Below are positions 20,740 to 30,992 of a stretch of 64,000 nucleotides of DNA, piece after piece. Source of the DNA: an uncultured cyanobacterium (GTDB lineage: Bacteria > Cyanobacteriota > Cyanobacteriia > PCC-9006 > JAAUQQ01). The stretch spans positions 1,632,001-1,696,000 of the forward strand of contig OY970368.1 in assembly GCA_963718615.1 (NCBI GenBank), in the 5' to 3' direction. Under the pieces are notes generated by a model. It searched no databases and was not told the DNA's origin. It saw nothing but the letters and a program-made list of their open reading frames with translations. Both the position numbers and the translations under genes were made by a program. Numbering within the stretch: position 1 is the first letter of the stretch; every line of letters starts with the position of its first letter.

Positions 20740-21858
20740 CTAGGCTTGGCAACGGCTGGGGGGGACCACGGGACCAAGATTAATGCGATTAAAATCTGCT
20801 AAATCGAGGAGGGCGCTGCCGTAGTAATTGATTGTGCCTTCCGTGCGCGATCGCCGCACCTGCAAAAATCCGGAAGGTCCCCAGGATTGAAAATTTTCCC
20901 CGGCTGGCTTGACCTCATTGCTGTAGGGATAGGCAAATCCAGAGACAGTATTGTTGTTCGCAATTCCGAAAATACAGGCAGAATCTTCGCCATCAATGTG
21001 GGAGAAATTACCTGTGATGCGATCGCCCTCTTTGCGAAACACAAATAAGACCCCACCCTCCTTGAGGAGTGTCTCATCGGTCACAACCGGAGCCTTAGGG
21101 CGACCATTCCAAAAGCGATAGCTACCGTTGGGAAGGGCCGCAACCGTCACTGATCTTGCAGGGGCTGGCGTTGTTGTTGCCGCTGGCGTTGTGGGGGGTG
21201 TCGTTGCAGGCGCAGCAGGCGTCGCAGTGGGCGTTGATGATGATGATGATGATGGCGGCGTTGTTACCGAAGGCGTAACCGGGGCTGCTCCTGCGGCAGG
21301 CCGGGGATCCGCAATTACGGGGGGCGGCGTCACCTGACCGCCGGGGGGCACCGAAGCGGATTGTTGGCGGACGGGCAGATTGGCTGCCGAAAGGCCCTGC
21401 TCTTCCTCAAGGTTAGACCAGCAAGTCAGCGAGGCGTTGACCGGTGCGAAGCCCGTTTCGGAGTTGTACCCGAGGAGCTCGTTGTAATAGGCTGGATTGC
21501 TAAGAAACAGTTGCCGAGCTTGGTCGAGCGCGGTTTTTTCCAACGTCAGCTCACGCTTCTGGGCCACCGTTGCTGGCGCTGGACCCCGCGACATCTGAGA
21601 AGGGACCTCTTGATAGGTAAATATCGTATTTCCCTCGATTTCACTGATGCTGATAAAGGCTTTGTCGCCCAAGGGATTGGGCTTACCCGAAGCCGGATCG
21701 TAGGCGCAGCTGCGGCTGGTGGGGGCACTGGCTTGGGCTGGAGCGATCGCCGACAAGCACACCGCTGATAGGGTAGACAGAAGGGCGATCGCCAGATGGG
21801 GCGCTGCACTGCGAGGATCTGTAAGTAGAGTCTTAGGATTAGAACGAAGCGGATTCAT
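20740..21858 (-). CDS. Secreted two-domain hypothetical protein with Pro/Thr/Ser linker
   Basis: Signal peptide ending AQA, Cys pairs in both domains, (TGA)6 poly-Ser tract at 21235-21252. Confidence 0.75.
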   Translation of the reverse strand: MNPLRSNPKTLLTDPRSAAPHLAIALLSTLSAVCLSAIAPAQASAPTSRSCAYDPASGKPNPLGDKAFISISEIEGNTIFTYQEVPSQMSRGPAPATVAQKRELTLEKTALDQARQLFLSNPAYYNELLGYNSETGFAPVNASLTCWSNLEEEQGLSAANLPVRQQSASVPPGGQVTPPPVIADPRPAAGAAPVTPSVTTPPSSSSSSTPTATPAAPATTPPTTPAATTTPAPARSVTVAALPNGSYRFWNGRPKAPVVTDETLLKEGGVLFVFRKEGDRITGNFSHIDGEDSACIFGIANNNTVSGFAYPYSNEVKPAGENFQSWGPSGFLQVRRSRTEGTINYYGSALLDLADFNRINLGPVVPPSRCQA

Positions 21859-21910
21859 GACCTTCTCCTCAATTGGGCGGGGCGATAGCAGAATATCGTG
21901 GGTGGAATAT

Positions 21911-21940
21911 CATTGGCAAAACCCACATTGGCAAAACCCA
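21911..21940. repeat. Perfect 15-bp tandem duplication in a divergent intergenic region
   Basis: CATTGGCAAAACCCA x2. Confidence 0.9.
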
Positions 21941-22099
21941 TGGGTCGATAGTATCCTACGGACCCAAATTGCTAGCTTAAAGGCTAGCCCACAAAATCAG
22001 CCGTTTTGACAAAAAATCAATAAAATGGCAAGCGGGCTGCAATTTCCCCCCGCCTGAATCCATCTCCTGCACCAATCTAAGGATTGAGACCGAGTAGCC

Positions 22100-23017
22100 A
22101 TGACTTCTAAGACGGCTCCCGCGACGGACCCATCAACATCCTCCCCCCAAGGCCGCCGGAAGTCCGCTTCGCGCTGGCTCGAACGCCTCTTGGTTCAAGG
22201 GGTTTTGCTGGTGATTACGGGGGCCGCCATGCTAGACCTGTACCAATGGCGCTACGGTGCGCTCAATTTTTGGGAGCCTGCTTGGGACTTACCCAAGCCT
22301 GCGCCTCTGGTGATGAAAGGAGGGGATCCCTATATTCGTGCCTTAATGCGAACCATTTCGGCCAGCGAATCCAATGTCCCCCGCCCCTATTCCGTCATGT
22401 ATGGGGGCGACCACTTTAGCGATTGGAGCCAGCATCCCGATCACTGCATTACGATTCCTGTGGGTCCGAATACCGGAAATTGTTCAACAGCAGCGGGTCG
22501 CTATCAGTTTATTACGACCACCTGGCAAGATAAGGCCCATAAATATCATCCTGAGCAGCCCCATGTGCTATTTTGGCGACCCTATCGCTTTGACCCGGAG
22601 TCCCAGGATGTGGTGGTGTATAACTGGCTGGCGGATACCAGCGAATGGGGCGTAGACCTCAGCGATTTGCTGCGGCGGGGAGAGATTTATCAGGTTCTGG
22701 AAATGCTGTCGCCCACTTGGACCAGTTTGGGCTATGGCATTGAGACTAACGATATGAGTGCCTATTTGCCTGAAATCTACACGGAGATGTTGGACGAAGA
22801 GCTGGCTAGTCCTGAGTTGCCAACAGCGAGTCGTCCGTTATCTGAGGCTCAGCAGGAATCCCCAGAAGAACCCCAGGCAGAACCCCAGGCGGAACCCCAG
22901 GAAGAAGGTGCTGAAGTTCAAGCCGCCGCAGTTGCCCATAAGCCCTTTTTGCTACCACCGGGTGAGGTGTTGCGTCAGCTCGGAGAAGCCTTGAAAAAGA
23001 CCCTAGGGGATTCTTAG
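22100..23017 (+). CDS. Membrane-anchored lambda-lysozyme-like muramidase (GH104-type)
   Basis: N-terminal TM; IRALMRTISASES (catalytic Glu), STAAGRYQF, LSPTWTSL; acidic tail with a 12-bp x3 repeat at 22868-22903. Confidence 0.85.
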   Translation: MTSKTAPATDPSTSSPQGRRKSASRWLERLLVQGVLLVITGAAMLDLYQWRYGALNFWEPAWDLPKPAPLVMKGGDPYIRALMRTISASESNVPRPYSVMYGGDHFSDWSQHPDHCITIPVGPNTGNCSTAAGRYQFITTTWQDKAHKYHPEQPHVLFWRPYRFDPESQDVVVYNWLADTSEWGVDLSDLLRRGEIYQVLEMLSPTWTSLGYGIETNDMSAYLPEIYTEMLDEELASPELPTASRPLSEAQQESPEEPQAEPQAEPQEEGAEVQAAAVAHKPFLLPPGEVLRQLGEALKKTLGDS

Positions 23018-23026
23018 GCATGAGGA

Positions 23027-23746
23027 TTAATTAAGATGCCATGTTCCTTCCAGGCAAACCTGATAGAAATCAGTCGCAATCCTGTGCCCTGCCGCCGCGA
23101 TTTCCTCAGCCGTGGCCGTGGTGTCTTCGGGACGCACGAGCCAACAGGTTTGATAGCCTGCGGCTTTGGCTGCATCTAGCTCCTCCAGAATGTCTGATAA
23201 AAAGAGAATGTTTTGAGGGGAAGGAAGGGCGATCGCCTCTCGAATTTTCTGATAGGAATCCACCTCCTTTTTAGGGCCTATCGTCGTATCGAAGTATCCC
23301 TGAAAAAGTCCCGTTAAATCCCCAAACTCGCTATAGCCAAAGAAGAGCTTTTGCGCCCAAATTGAGCCCGACGAATAGACATAGAGCGATATTCCCTGAC
23401 GATGCCAAGCTTGAAGGACCTCATGGGCATCTGGATAAATGTGGGCTTGATAAGATCCTTCTGTATAGCCTTGCTCCCAAACAAGTCCCTGAATCGCCTT
23501 GAGTGCTGTGCTTTTGCGATCGCCCTCAATCCAATCCAATAGCTGCTGAATGACAGCATCTAAGTTGTTAGGATCTAAATCAGCTTCCTGGGCGGCAGCT
23601 TGAATAAGGGTTGAGATTTTGGGGTCGGCGGCATGGGATCGCAAAAAACCTGGAATGGCTTGGGCTGCATAGGGAAACAGCACCGATTTTACAAAATGAA
23701 TCGAGCTGGTTGTGCCCTCAATATCTGTCAGAATAGCTTGTACCAC
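23027..23746 (-). CDS. mtnC: Enolase-phosphatase E1 (acireductone synthase)
   Basis: ILTDIEGTT, LFPYA, VYSSGS, LFLSD HAD motifs. Confidence 0.95.
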   Translation of the reverse strand: MVQAILTDIEGTTSSIHFVKSVLFPYAAQAIPGFLRSHAADPKISTLIQAAAQEADLDPNNLDAVIQQLLDWIEGDRKSTALKAIQGLVWEQGYTEGSYQAHIYPDAHEVLQAWHRQGISLYVYSSGSIWAQKLFFGYSEFGDLTGLFQGYFDTTIGPKKEVDSYQKIREAIALPSPQNILFLSDILEELDAAKAAGYQTCWLVRPEDTTATAEEIAAAGHRIATDFYQVCLEGTWHLN

Positions 23747-23747
23747 A

Positions 23748-24293
23748 CTAGTTTTCCAATCGACTAAACAGACTCGAAATTTCAGAACCCGTAAAATTGG
23801 CTACCCAGCCCGCCGGATTATTAAAGAGCCGAATGGCCACAAAATTGGGATTTGGCCCCATGTCAAACCAGTGAGGGGTGTTGGCTGGGACGCTAATTAA
23901 ATCGCCTCTTTGACAGAGAACTTCGTAGACGCGATCGCCAAGATGCAAACTAAATAAGCCTTCTCCATCCACAAAGAAACGAACTTCATCTTCGCTATGG
24001 GTATGCTCATTTAAAAACTTTTGACGAAATGCCTCTTTCTGGGGATGATCTGCATTTAGGCTTACCACATCTACGGTCTGATAGCCTTCTGCGGCAATCA
24101 GACGATCGATATCGCGTTGATAGGCTGCAATTACTTGTCCTGGCTCATCTCCGGCTTTAATGGCCTGGGTTGCTTCCCACTGCTCAAAGCGCACGCCTAC
24201 GGGCGCTAAGATTTCTGCGACGACTTGATTATCATGGCTGGCTTGTAAGACCTCTTTCGGGTTTTGGGCTTCAAAAACACGCAGTTTTTCCAT
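23748..24293 (-). CDS. mtnD: Acireductone dioxygenase
   Basis: FLNEHTHSEDEVRFF...HWFDMG cupin. Confidence 0.95.
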   Translation of the reverse strand: MEKLRVFEAQNPKEVLQASHDNQVVAEILAPVGVRFEQWEATQAIKAGDEPGQVIAAYQRDIDRLIAAEGYQTVDVVSLNADHPQKEAFRQKFLNEHTHSEDEVRFFVDGEGLFSLHLGDRVYEVLCQRGDLISVPANTPHWFDMGPNPNFVAIRLFNNPAGWVANFTGSEISSLFSRLEN

Positions 24294-24396
24294 GTTTAGA
24301 TTTTCCGGTTTTAGATTTCCTCAATTTTAGCCTTGAAGTTCTCTAAGCTTGACGCGAATCTTATCTTAACTTTTATACAAAGTGTTATGACAGATA

Positions 24397-25107
24397 TCAG
24401 AGCCGCATCTCTTCCCATTCACAGCCCAATAAAAACTCAAATGCTTCTAGATGCCGGAGGGTCTCCGCCATATCTTTGCCCCAGGTATATAACCCATGAC
24501 CGCGAATCAAATAGCCATAGGTTTGTGGATGATTCTGTAAATAATCATCTACCGTCTGAGCTAATTGAGTAATGTCCTGTGTATTTTCAAAAATGGGTAC
24601 TTCTACCGTCGTTTCGTGGGTTGTGATTCCGGCAAATGCCTTCAATAATTCGTAGCCCGATAGGGTTAGATGGCTGCGATCGCCCAGACGACGACTCAGT
24701 AGCGTCGCCATAGGCGAATGGGTATGCAAAATCGCGCCCACCTGTTGAAAACGTTGATATAAATGGGTATGGAGAAGCGTCTCCGCCGAAGGTTTACCCG
24801 CAGACAGAGCATTTCCTTGCCAATCAACCACCATGATATCGTCTAGGACCAGGCTACCTTTATCTTTTCCTGACGTTGTGATTGCGCAGCAACATTCATT
24901 GAGGCGGATCGAATAGTTGCTGCTGGTGGCTGGAGACCAACCCTGTTTGTAGAGCGATCGCCCTACCTTGACAAGCTCCTCCGCTGCCGCTTCAAAAACG
25001 GCTTTCCCGTCAATGTCCGTATCTAGGGGCAGTTGAGATGGCTCGGGAGCGGCTTCTAAGGATACGCTCGGGAGAAAGAAGCGGAGAGACTGAAGGTTTG
25101 GCGTCAT
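24397..25107 (-). CDS. mtnB: Methylthioribulose-1-phosphate dehydratase
   Basis: [33 protein letters not shown]; start uncertain. Confidence 0.93.
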   Translation of the reverse strand: MTPNLQSLRFFLPSVSLEAAPEPSQLPLDTDIDGKAVFEAAAEELVKVGRSLYKQGWSPATSSNYSIRLNECCCAITTSGKDKGSLVLDDIMVVDWQGNALSAGKPSAETLLHTHLYQRFQQVGAILHTHSPMATLLSRRLGDRSHLTLSGYELLKAFAGITTHETTVEVPIFENTQDITQLAQTVDDYLQNHPQTYGYLIRGHGLYTWGKDMAETLRHLEAFEFLLGCEWEEMRL

Positions 25108-25157
25108 CGAACTCAAAACGCAACGGTACAGGCTACCATTTTAGACCTGTTGAGGTT

Positions 25158-25961
25158 CTAGTGATGAACGGTTGCCACAGAACCACCATCCACGCGATAG
25201 TTGGAACCCACGACAAAACTAGACTGTTGAGAACAAAGGAAGGCGACAACCGCTGCAACTTCCTCTGCTTTGCCTCGACGCTGAAGTTCGAGATGAGGAC
25301 GCTTTTCCTGAAGGAAGCTGGCGATCGCCTCTTCTCGGTCAACACCTAACGCTTGAGCTCGTTTATCCATCATTTTGTCAGTCATGGGGGTCGCGATAAA
25401 AGCAGGTGAAACGCTGTTAATCAAAATTCCATCTTTGGCATAGACCTTGGAAAGATTTTTGGCAAGATTGATCACACCGGCTTTAGCTGCACAGTAGGGC
25501 ATTTCATCCGGATAGGGCTGCATTGCATCTTCCGAAGCAAACAGTACGATTCGCCCCCAACCAGCTTTTTGCATAACCGGAATAAAGGCACGACAAACAC
25601 GAACGGCTGCCATAAAATCTACATCCAGGGTTTCGTACCAGTCCTCATCGGTTAATTCCAAAAAACTTTGAGTGGCACCTGTAATACCTGCGGCATGGAC
25701 CAAGATGTGAACGGTTCCGTAATGACTCAAAATTTTCTGTTTTGCAGCTTCTACTTCGCTTACATGGCGTAAATCGGCTTGAATACCAATCGTTTCGCCT
25801 ACTTTTTTAACGGCTTCCGTGGCAGCTTGTAGTTTTTCAGATGTTTTATCGATCAAGACAATTTTAACGCCTTCAGCGGCCAGTAACTTAGCGGTGGCTT
25901 GCCCCATACCTGAGTCACCGCCCGTAATGACGGCTACTTTTCCGTTGATTCCGAAGTCCAT
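25158..25961 (-). CDS. SDR family oxidoreductase
   Basis: TGGDSGMG, YCAAK. Confidence 0.93.
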   Translation of the reverse strand: MDFGINGKVAVITGGDSGMGQATAKLLAAEGVKIVLIDKTSEKLQAATEAVKKVGETIGIQADLRHVSEVEAAKQKILSHYGTVHILVHAAGITGATQSFLELTDEDWYETLDVDFMAAVRVCRAFIPVMQKAGWGRIVLFASEDAMQPYPDEMPYCAAKAGVINLAKNLSKVYAKDGILINSVSPAFIATPMTDKMMDKRAQALGVDREEAIASFLQEKRPHLELQRRGKAEEVAAVVAFLCSQQSSFVVGSNYRVDGGSVATVHH

Positions 25962-26041
25962 AAAAAAATTGATCCTAACCTAATTCTTCTTTTCTATCCT
26001 AAAAAGGCAGTGGCGTGAGAGACTCTATCTAAAAGTAGAAG

Positions 26042-28330
26042 TTATTGAGAACGTTGATAGAGTTTGCTTCCATTACCGCGTACACCATTTACAATGAGTC
26101 CAGTTAAGGGAATGGATGCGTAGCTAAGCTGCTTTTGAAGTTTAGCAAATCGTGCAATACTGCCTCTTTTGCCAAGCTGAAGCACTAAAAGTAATCCCTG
26201 GGTGTGATGGGCAATAAGACGAGCATCTGCCAAAGCTCCGATAGAGGGCACATCATAAATGACCCAATCAAACTGCTCAACCACATCTTTCATGAGCTGA
26301 CTCATCCTTGGAGAGGCCAAAAAGCGACTGGGATCAGTTGTAACTGAGCCAGCCGTTAAAACCCAAAAGTCAGATTCCCAAGGAACGGGCCGAAGACAGC
26401 GATCTAATGTTTTGATGCCCAAGAGATAATCACTTAAACCTGGTGTCGATGTCATTCCTAAAAACTCATGAATAGGGTTTCCCCCTTGTTGTAAATGGGC
26501 ATCTACAAGCAAAACTTTTTTCCCCATCGCCGCTGCTGATTGGGCCAGAAGAACCGCTACGGTGCTTTTCCCTTCTGCGGGTAGCGCCGAACTGATGGTT
26601 AGTGTTTTGCAGGTTTTTAGCTGAGTTAGATTTGTGTGCAAGGTCCGAAATGCTTCTAGGAATGCATAGGCTTGAGCTGCATCCCACAGCACGCCCATGT
26701 CTCCAATAATATCTTCTGGATTAATCACAGGAATTCCGCTTTCTAAGGTCAGAGCTGCGAGCATAGAATCGGCAACTTCATGGTCGCTATTCGTCTCATG
26801 GTTTTGACTCTGACCTTGCTCGACCGCCAACATATTGAGCGTCTTTTGCTGTAAAAAATCTGCCTGATGGATGGATGGCCCTACGTACTTCAGATTTTTT
26901 CGGAAAGGAATTGCGCCTAGGATAGAAAGCTTTGTTTTCTCTTCTAGGTCATCAAGCGTGTAAAACGTATCTTCAAATTTCTCAATTAAGTAAGTGACCA
27001 CAAGTCCAACAATGAAGCCACTCACTAGGCCCATAATTAAAGCCTTGGATAGGCTGGTCGGTAAGTCGCTCTGAGCATCTTTAACCGGTACAATTAACTG
27101 CCAAGGAACTTCATTCTGTGAGGCAGCAATTTCAAGGACTTCTTTGGTTTCTAAAAGTCGATTTAGGCTGGCATTGACAATACTAATCTTCTGTAAAAGC
27201 TCTCCATGTCGCCGAGAAATGGCTGGAATTTTTTTTAAGATATTAGCAAGATCGAGCTGAATCTTATCTAAAGCATTAATTTGGGCTTGAAGCACGCTAA
27301 TATCACTGGCAACTGCCGCGAGTTGATTGTTGATCGATCGCTTAGCTTCAGCTTGTAGAAGAGGGAGCAAATTTTGCTGTTGTCTTCGAAATAATTCAAT
27401 CGTAGGATGTTTATCTCCAAAACGTGCCGTTTCAACCGCGATTTGTCGCTCTAACACCTGATACTCTTGCAGATAAGCTTGATAGGCTTCGGATTGATCA
27501 AGCACCGCACTCCGCGCTATTCCTTCAAGGGATCGATAGCGAGCCTGTAGTGCAATTAAACTAGCCTGAAGTCCCTGACGCTGGGAGGCAGCTTCGCTAA
27601 TCTGTTTACGGAGTTCTCCAGCATAGTCATCCGGATCTAAAAAGCCATAGCGCTGCCGCAAGTTTTGTAATTCTTGTTGTAGGGTATCTGATTCTCCTTG
27701 GACTTTGGGTAACTGCTGCTGGATAAACTCAAGACCTTGTCTAAATTGTACCCGTTGGTCTTCTCTGCTATAGCTGAGATATCCATCGGCGATCGCTTCC
27801 AAAACCTTCTTAACTTCTAAAGGATTATCCGCTGAGTATCCCACCTCTAAAATTTTGGTTTCTCCTAAACGGCGAACAGAGAGTTGGCCTGAGACCTTGC
27901 CATAGTCCAATCCAGGCAGCTGAGAACCAAGTTTTTCAGCCAGGGGTGCTAAAACTTTTGGGCTCAATAAAACCTCAATTTGACTATCATAATCAAATTC
28001 TTCATTTGAGGACTCTTTACTGTCTGTAATTTGTTGTAGCTGTTGGTGCTTTTTGATCGGTTCAACTAAGAGCTGAAAAGAACTTCGAAAAACAGGCTTG
28101 GCCTTGATTGCCTTTTGAGCATTGTTGGCAACCATCAACAGCATGCAGAGTACGATGACTTTGTACTTGCGCTGAATCATTAACAGAATTTTACTGGGTC
28201 GTAATCCCCCACTTTCTGATGCTGTGCTCTCTGTTTCTGCGGGAGCCGATTGAGCTATTGCTGATGTTTCTATAACATGTGCTTCTAGTTGTGAAGTTGG
28301 GGGCAATAGCGCTTCATTGGATACAGTCAT
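26042..28330 (-). CDS. wzc: Polysaccharide co-polymerase / BY-kinase-like protein (Wzc/GumC, PCP-2a)
   Basis: Coiled-coil periplasmic region, TM helix, EAFRTL, SALPAEGKST Walker A. Confidence 0.88.
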   Translation of the reverse strand: MTVSNEALLPPTSQLEAHVIETSAIAQSAPAETESTASESGGLRPSKILLMIQRKYKVIVLCMLLMVANNAQKAIKAKPVFRSSFQLLVEPIKKHQQLQQITDSKESSNEEFDYDSQIEVLLSPKVLAPLAEKLGSQLPGLDYGKVSGQLSVRRLGETKILEVGYSADNPLEVKKVLEAIADGYLSYSREDQRVQFRQGLEFIQQQLPKVQGESDTLQQELQNLRQRYGFLDPDDYAGELRKQISEAASQRQGLQASLIALQARYRSLEGIARSAVLDQSEAYQAYLQEYQVLERQIAVETARFGDKHPTIELFRRQQQNLLPLLQAEAKRSINNQLAAVASDISVLQAQINALDKIQLDLANILKKIPAISRRHGELLQKISIVNASLNRLLETKEVLEIAASQNEVPWQLIVPVKDAQSDLPTSLSKALIMGLVSGFIVGLVVTYLIEKFEDTFYTLDDLEEKTKLSILGAIPFRKNLKYVGPSIHQADFLQQKTLNMLAVEQGQSQNHETNSDHEVADSMLAALTLESGIPVINPEDIIGDMGVLWDAAQAYAFLEAFRTLHTNLTQLKTCKTLTISSALPAEGKSTVAVLLAQSAAAMGKKVLLVDAHLQQGGNPIHEFLGMTSTPGLSDYLLGIKTLDRCLRPVPWESDFWVLTAGSVTTDPSRFLASPRMSQLMKDVVEQFDWVIYDVPSIGALADARLIAHHTQGLLLVLQLGKRGSIARFAKLQKQLSYASIPLTGLIVNGVRGNGSKLYQRSQ

Positions 28331-28369
28331 GATTGCTTGGACGATCCCTAACTAAAATAATCCAATTGG

Positions 28370-29794
28370 CTATCGGAACAGAACCCGAAATAGCTTAAAT
28401 ACATCTTTGATTGAAAAGGTTCCATCAATTGTGTTGTACAGACTGTTAGCGCCTCCAATCGTATTAATTAAGGGTTGAACCACGCTATCAACACGATCTG
28501 AAAGCTTAGCGAGGCGAGAAGGAGGAACAATAATAATGTCACGATCCTCAATCATAGGATTAGTTGCCTCATTTACGGGTGCTTTAAAATCGACCGGTAT
28601 CTTAAGATGGAAAACCGTTCCATTAGGCCTGAGGCGCATCAGTTCTACCGTTCGCTTCTGGGCACGGTTGTTGAAACCGCCTGCGGCAAGTAGAACTTGA
28701 TTTAGAGGTGTATTAGGTGGTACTTCAAAGGTTCCTGCTTTCTCCAATTCTCCGACAATACCAATTTGAATCTTAGATTGAGAAATATTGCTTTTCCCGA
28801 GCGCGATCGCCTGGGTTGCATCAACAGGGGGTGCTTTTTTTAGAACTAATGTATCTCCATCCCGCAGTGTTATATCTTGATTTAAATCTCCTGTTTCTAG
28901 CAGTTGCCAAAGATTGGTATGAATTTCATGATGCTGACCGGAGCGATGCCAACGATAAATCGTAATATCTTGTAGATTAGTCTGCTGGGTGATACCACCC
29001 GCCTGCTGCAAAGCGGTTGTAATACGCGGAAAAACGCTCGTATCTTGCGGTGAAAATAGATAGGCTCCTGGTCGGACCACTTCACCAATAACTGCTACAT
29101 GGATAGGCGCATTAATCAAGAGTTTTAGGGTCACAGTTGGTTTGCGTAAAATTTGCCGCCTTTCATAGGTTTGGGCCACTAACTGTTCAACTTCCGATAG
29201 TGTTAATCCCCAAACCGAGAGGGGACCAACGACCGGTAAATGTAAGGTACCATCCACTTGCACTTGATAGTCTGCAGTGTATTCAGGAACGTTAGAAAAA
29301 AGAATACCAACGCGATCGCCAACTGTTAGTGTATAGCTAGGAGAAAGCCAAGCTAAAGAGCTATCTCTTTGATTGGGCTGTACTGACTCTGGTGCTAATT
29401 CCCCTTGGGGTGATGAAGGAAAGGGGCGTAGCCATTGAAGGGCTGGTGGTTGTTTGGCTTCATTGGTTTCGTCAGCATTGGTTTCGTCAGCCTTATCGGC
29501 CTGAATAGATTTTGCCTCAGACGTTTCATTCAATAGGTTGGTAGGTAATGTTTCAGGAATAGATATAGTCGATGGTTCGAAGATCGGTAGCGAGTTCTCC
29601 TCTGGTATAATGGGAATTACGTTTTGTTCACGCGTCACATCAGGCCAGTCGTCTTGAGAAACGGCTTGAGCAATCGTCTGAGGGGAGGCGATCGTTGCTT
29701 CTTGGGTGCCTGTTAGGATTCCAATCAAGAGAATCAGAATCAGCCATAAATCTCCCTGTATTGGATGGAAAAAGTGACGGTTCTGAAAGTTCAT
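28370..29794 (-). CDS. wza: Polysaccharide export protein (Wza/OPX) with SLBB repeats
   Basis: YTLTVGD...DGTLHLPVVG Poly_export motif, GEVVRPG SLBB; 15-bp duplication at 29461-29490. Confidence 0.88.
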   Translation of the reverse strand: MNFQNRHFFHPIQGDLWLILILLIGILTGTQEATIASPQTIAQAVSQDDWPDVTREQNVIPIIPEENSLPIFEPSTISIPETLPTNLLNETSEAKSIQADKADETNADETNEAKQPPALQWLRPFPSSPQGELAPESVQPNQRDSSLAWLSPSYTLTVGDRVGILFSNVPEYTADYQVQVDGTLHLPVVGPLSVWGLTLSEVEQLVAQTYERRQILRKPTVTLKLLINAPIHVAVIGEVVRPGAYLFSPQDTSVFPRITTALQQAGGITQQTNLQDITIYRWHRSGQHHEIHTNLWQLLETGDLNQDITLRDGDTLVLKKAPPVDATQAIALGKSNISQSKIQIGIVGELEKAGTFEVPPNTPLNQVLLAAGGFNNRAQKRTVELMRLRPNGTVFHLKIPVDFKAPVNEATNPMIEDRDIIIVPPSRLAKLSDRVDSVVQPLINTIGGANSLYNTIDGTFSIKDVFKLFRVLFR

Positions 29795-30044
29795 ATTGAT
29801 TTGACTTGCCCTGAGTTCAATCGAGATCGTTGAATTTCCCGATAACTATGGCATAAGAATTATCAAATCGGTGGAAGTTATACAATCTCCAGCAACGTAT
29901 ACAAAGCAAACACCGATTGGTAGAAAAATCAACCAAGCGCGAACTGAGTCATCATCAAACCTAGGCCAAATTAGGAGGAGGTTAGATTCATTTGCTGTTT
30001 GGTCTCTAAGTTTTTGCTTTTCTTTATTCTGTCAGGGGGTATCT

Positions 30045-30875
30045 ATGCAACAGTCTTCAGCTCCCTTAGTGATTGAAGCCGGACGCTCAAAACGTCAATA
30101 CTGGCGGGATTTATGGCATTATCGTGAGTTATTTTACTTTTTGGCTTGGCGGGACGTTTTAGTTCGCTATAAGCAAACAGTCATTGGGTTGGCCTGGGCC
30201 TTAGTCCGTCCTTTCTTAACCATGATTGTTTTTACCCTTGTCTTTGGGAATCTAGCAAAACTACCTGCCAATGGAGTACCCTACCCTATTCTAGTCTTTT
30301 CGGCAATGTTGCCTTGGCAGTTTTTTGCCAATTCGCTAAGCGAATGTAGTAACAGTTTAGTCAGTAATGCAAATCTGATCTCGAAGGTTTACTTTCCTCG
30401 ACTCATCGTTCCAAGTAGTGCTATCGTCGTCAGCTTTGTTGACTTCATGATTTCAGGATTGATTCTGTTGGGCTTGATGGCTTGGTATAACTTTATTCCC
30501 AGTTGGCGAATTCTGACGTTGCCTGGTTTTGTTGCGATCGCATTTTTAGCCTCCATGGGAGCAGGTCTTTGGCTATGCTCTTTGAATGTTCAGTATCGAG
30601 ATTTTCGCTATATTGTGCCCTTTATTGTGCAGTTTGGTCTCTATATCTCGCCCGTTGGGTTTAGCAGTACAATTGTCCCGGAGCAGTGGCGAATTCTATA
30701 CGCTCTTAACCCTATGGTTGGCGTGATTGATGGTTTTCGTTGGGCAATTTTAGGAAGTGAATTTCAGCTCTATTTACCAGGTTTTTTCTTGTCTTTGGGC
30801 TTTGTTCTGATTCTACTTATTACTGGAATTCAATATTTTAGAAAAATGGAGAGAACATTTGCAGATGTGATTTAG
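30045..30875 (+). CDS. wzm: Polysaccharide ABC transporter permease
   Basis: RDVLVRYKQTVIGLAW, KVYFPR, LNPMVGVIDGFR; ATG at 30045. Confidence 0.92.
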   Translation: MQQSSAPLVIEAGRSKRQYWRDLWHYRELFYFLAWRDVLVRYKQTVIGLAWALVRPFLTMIVFTLVFGNLAKLPANGVPYPILVFSAMLPWQFFANSLSECSNSLVSNANLISKVYFPRLIVPSSAIVVSFVDFMISGLILLGLMAWYNFIPSWRILTLPGFVAIAFLASMGAGLWLCSLNVQYRDFRYIVPFIVQFGLYISPVGFSSTIVPEQWRILYALNPMVGVIDGFRWAILGSEFQLYLPGFFLSLGFVLILLITGIQYFRKMERTFADVI

Positions 30876-30992
30876 TGGCTGAGATTTATTGATTTTAGTT
30901 CACTGACTTCAACAGAATCATTGAAAGGGGAAAGCTATTTCTACCAGTTTTTTCAAACAGCAAGCATAACGCCAGAATAAGAGTAACCGTTT

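Noticed and set aside
22100-23017. Prophage inferred from the lysozyme gene
   Set aside because: No integrase, structural, holin or terminase genes nearby.
29871-30044. Upstream extension of wzm from the GTG at 29871
   Set aside because: It covers the divergent promoter region; the ATG at 30045 has a purine-rich RBS and matches the family start.
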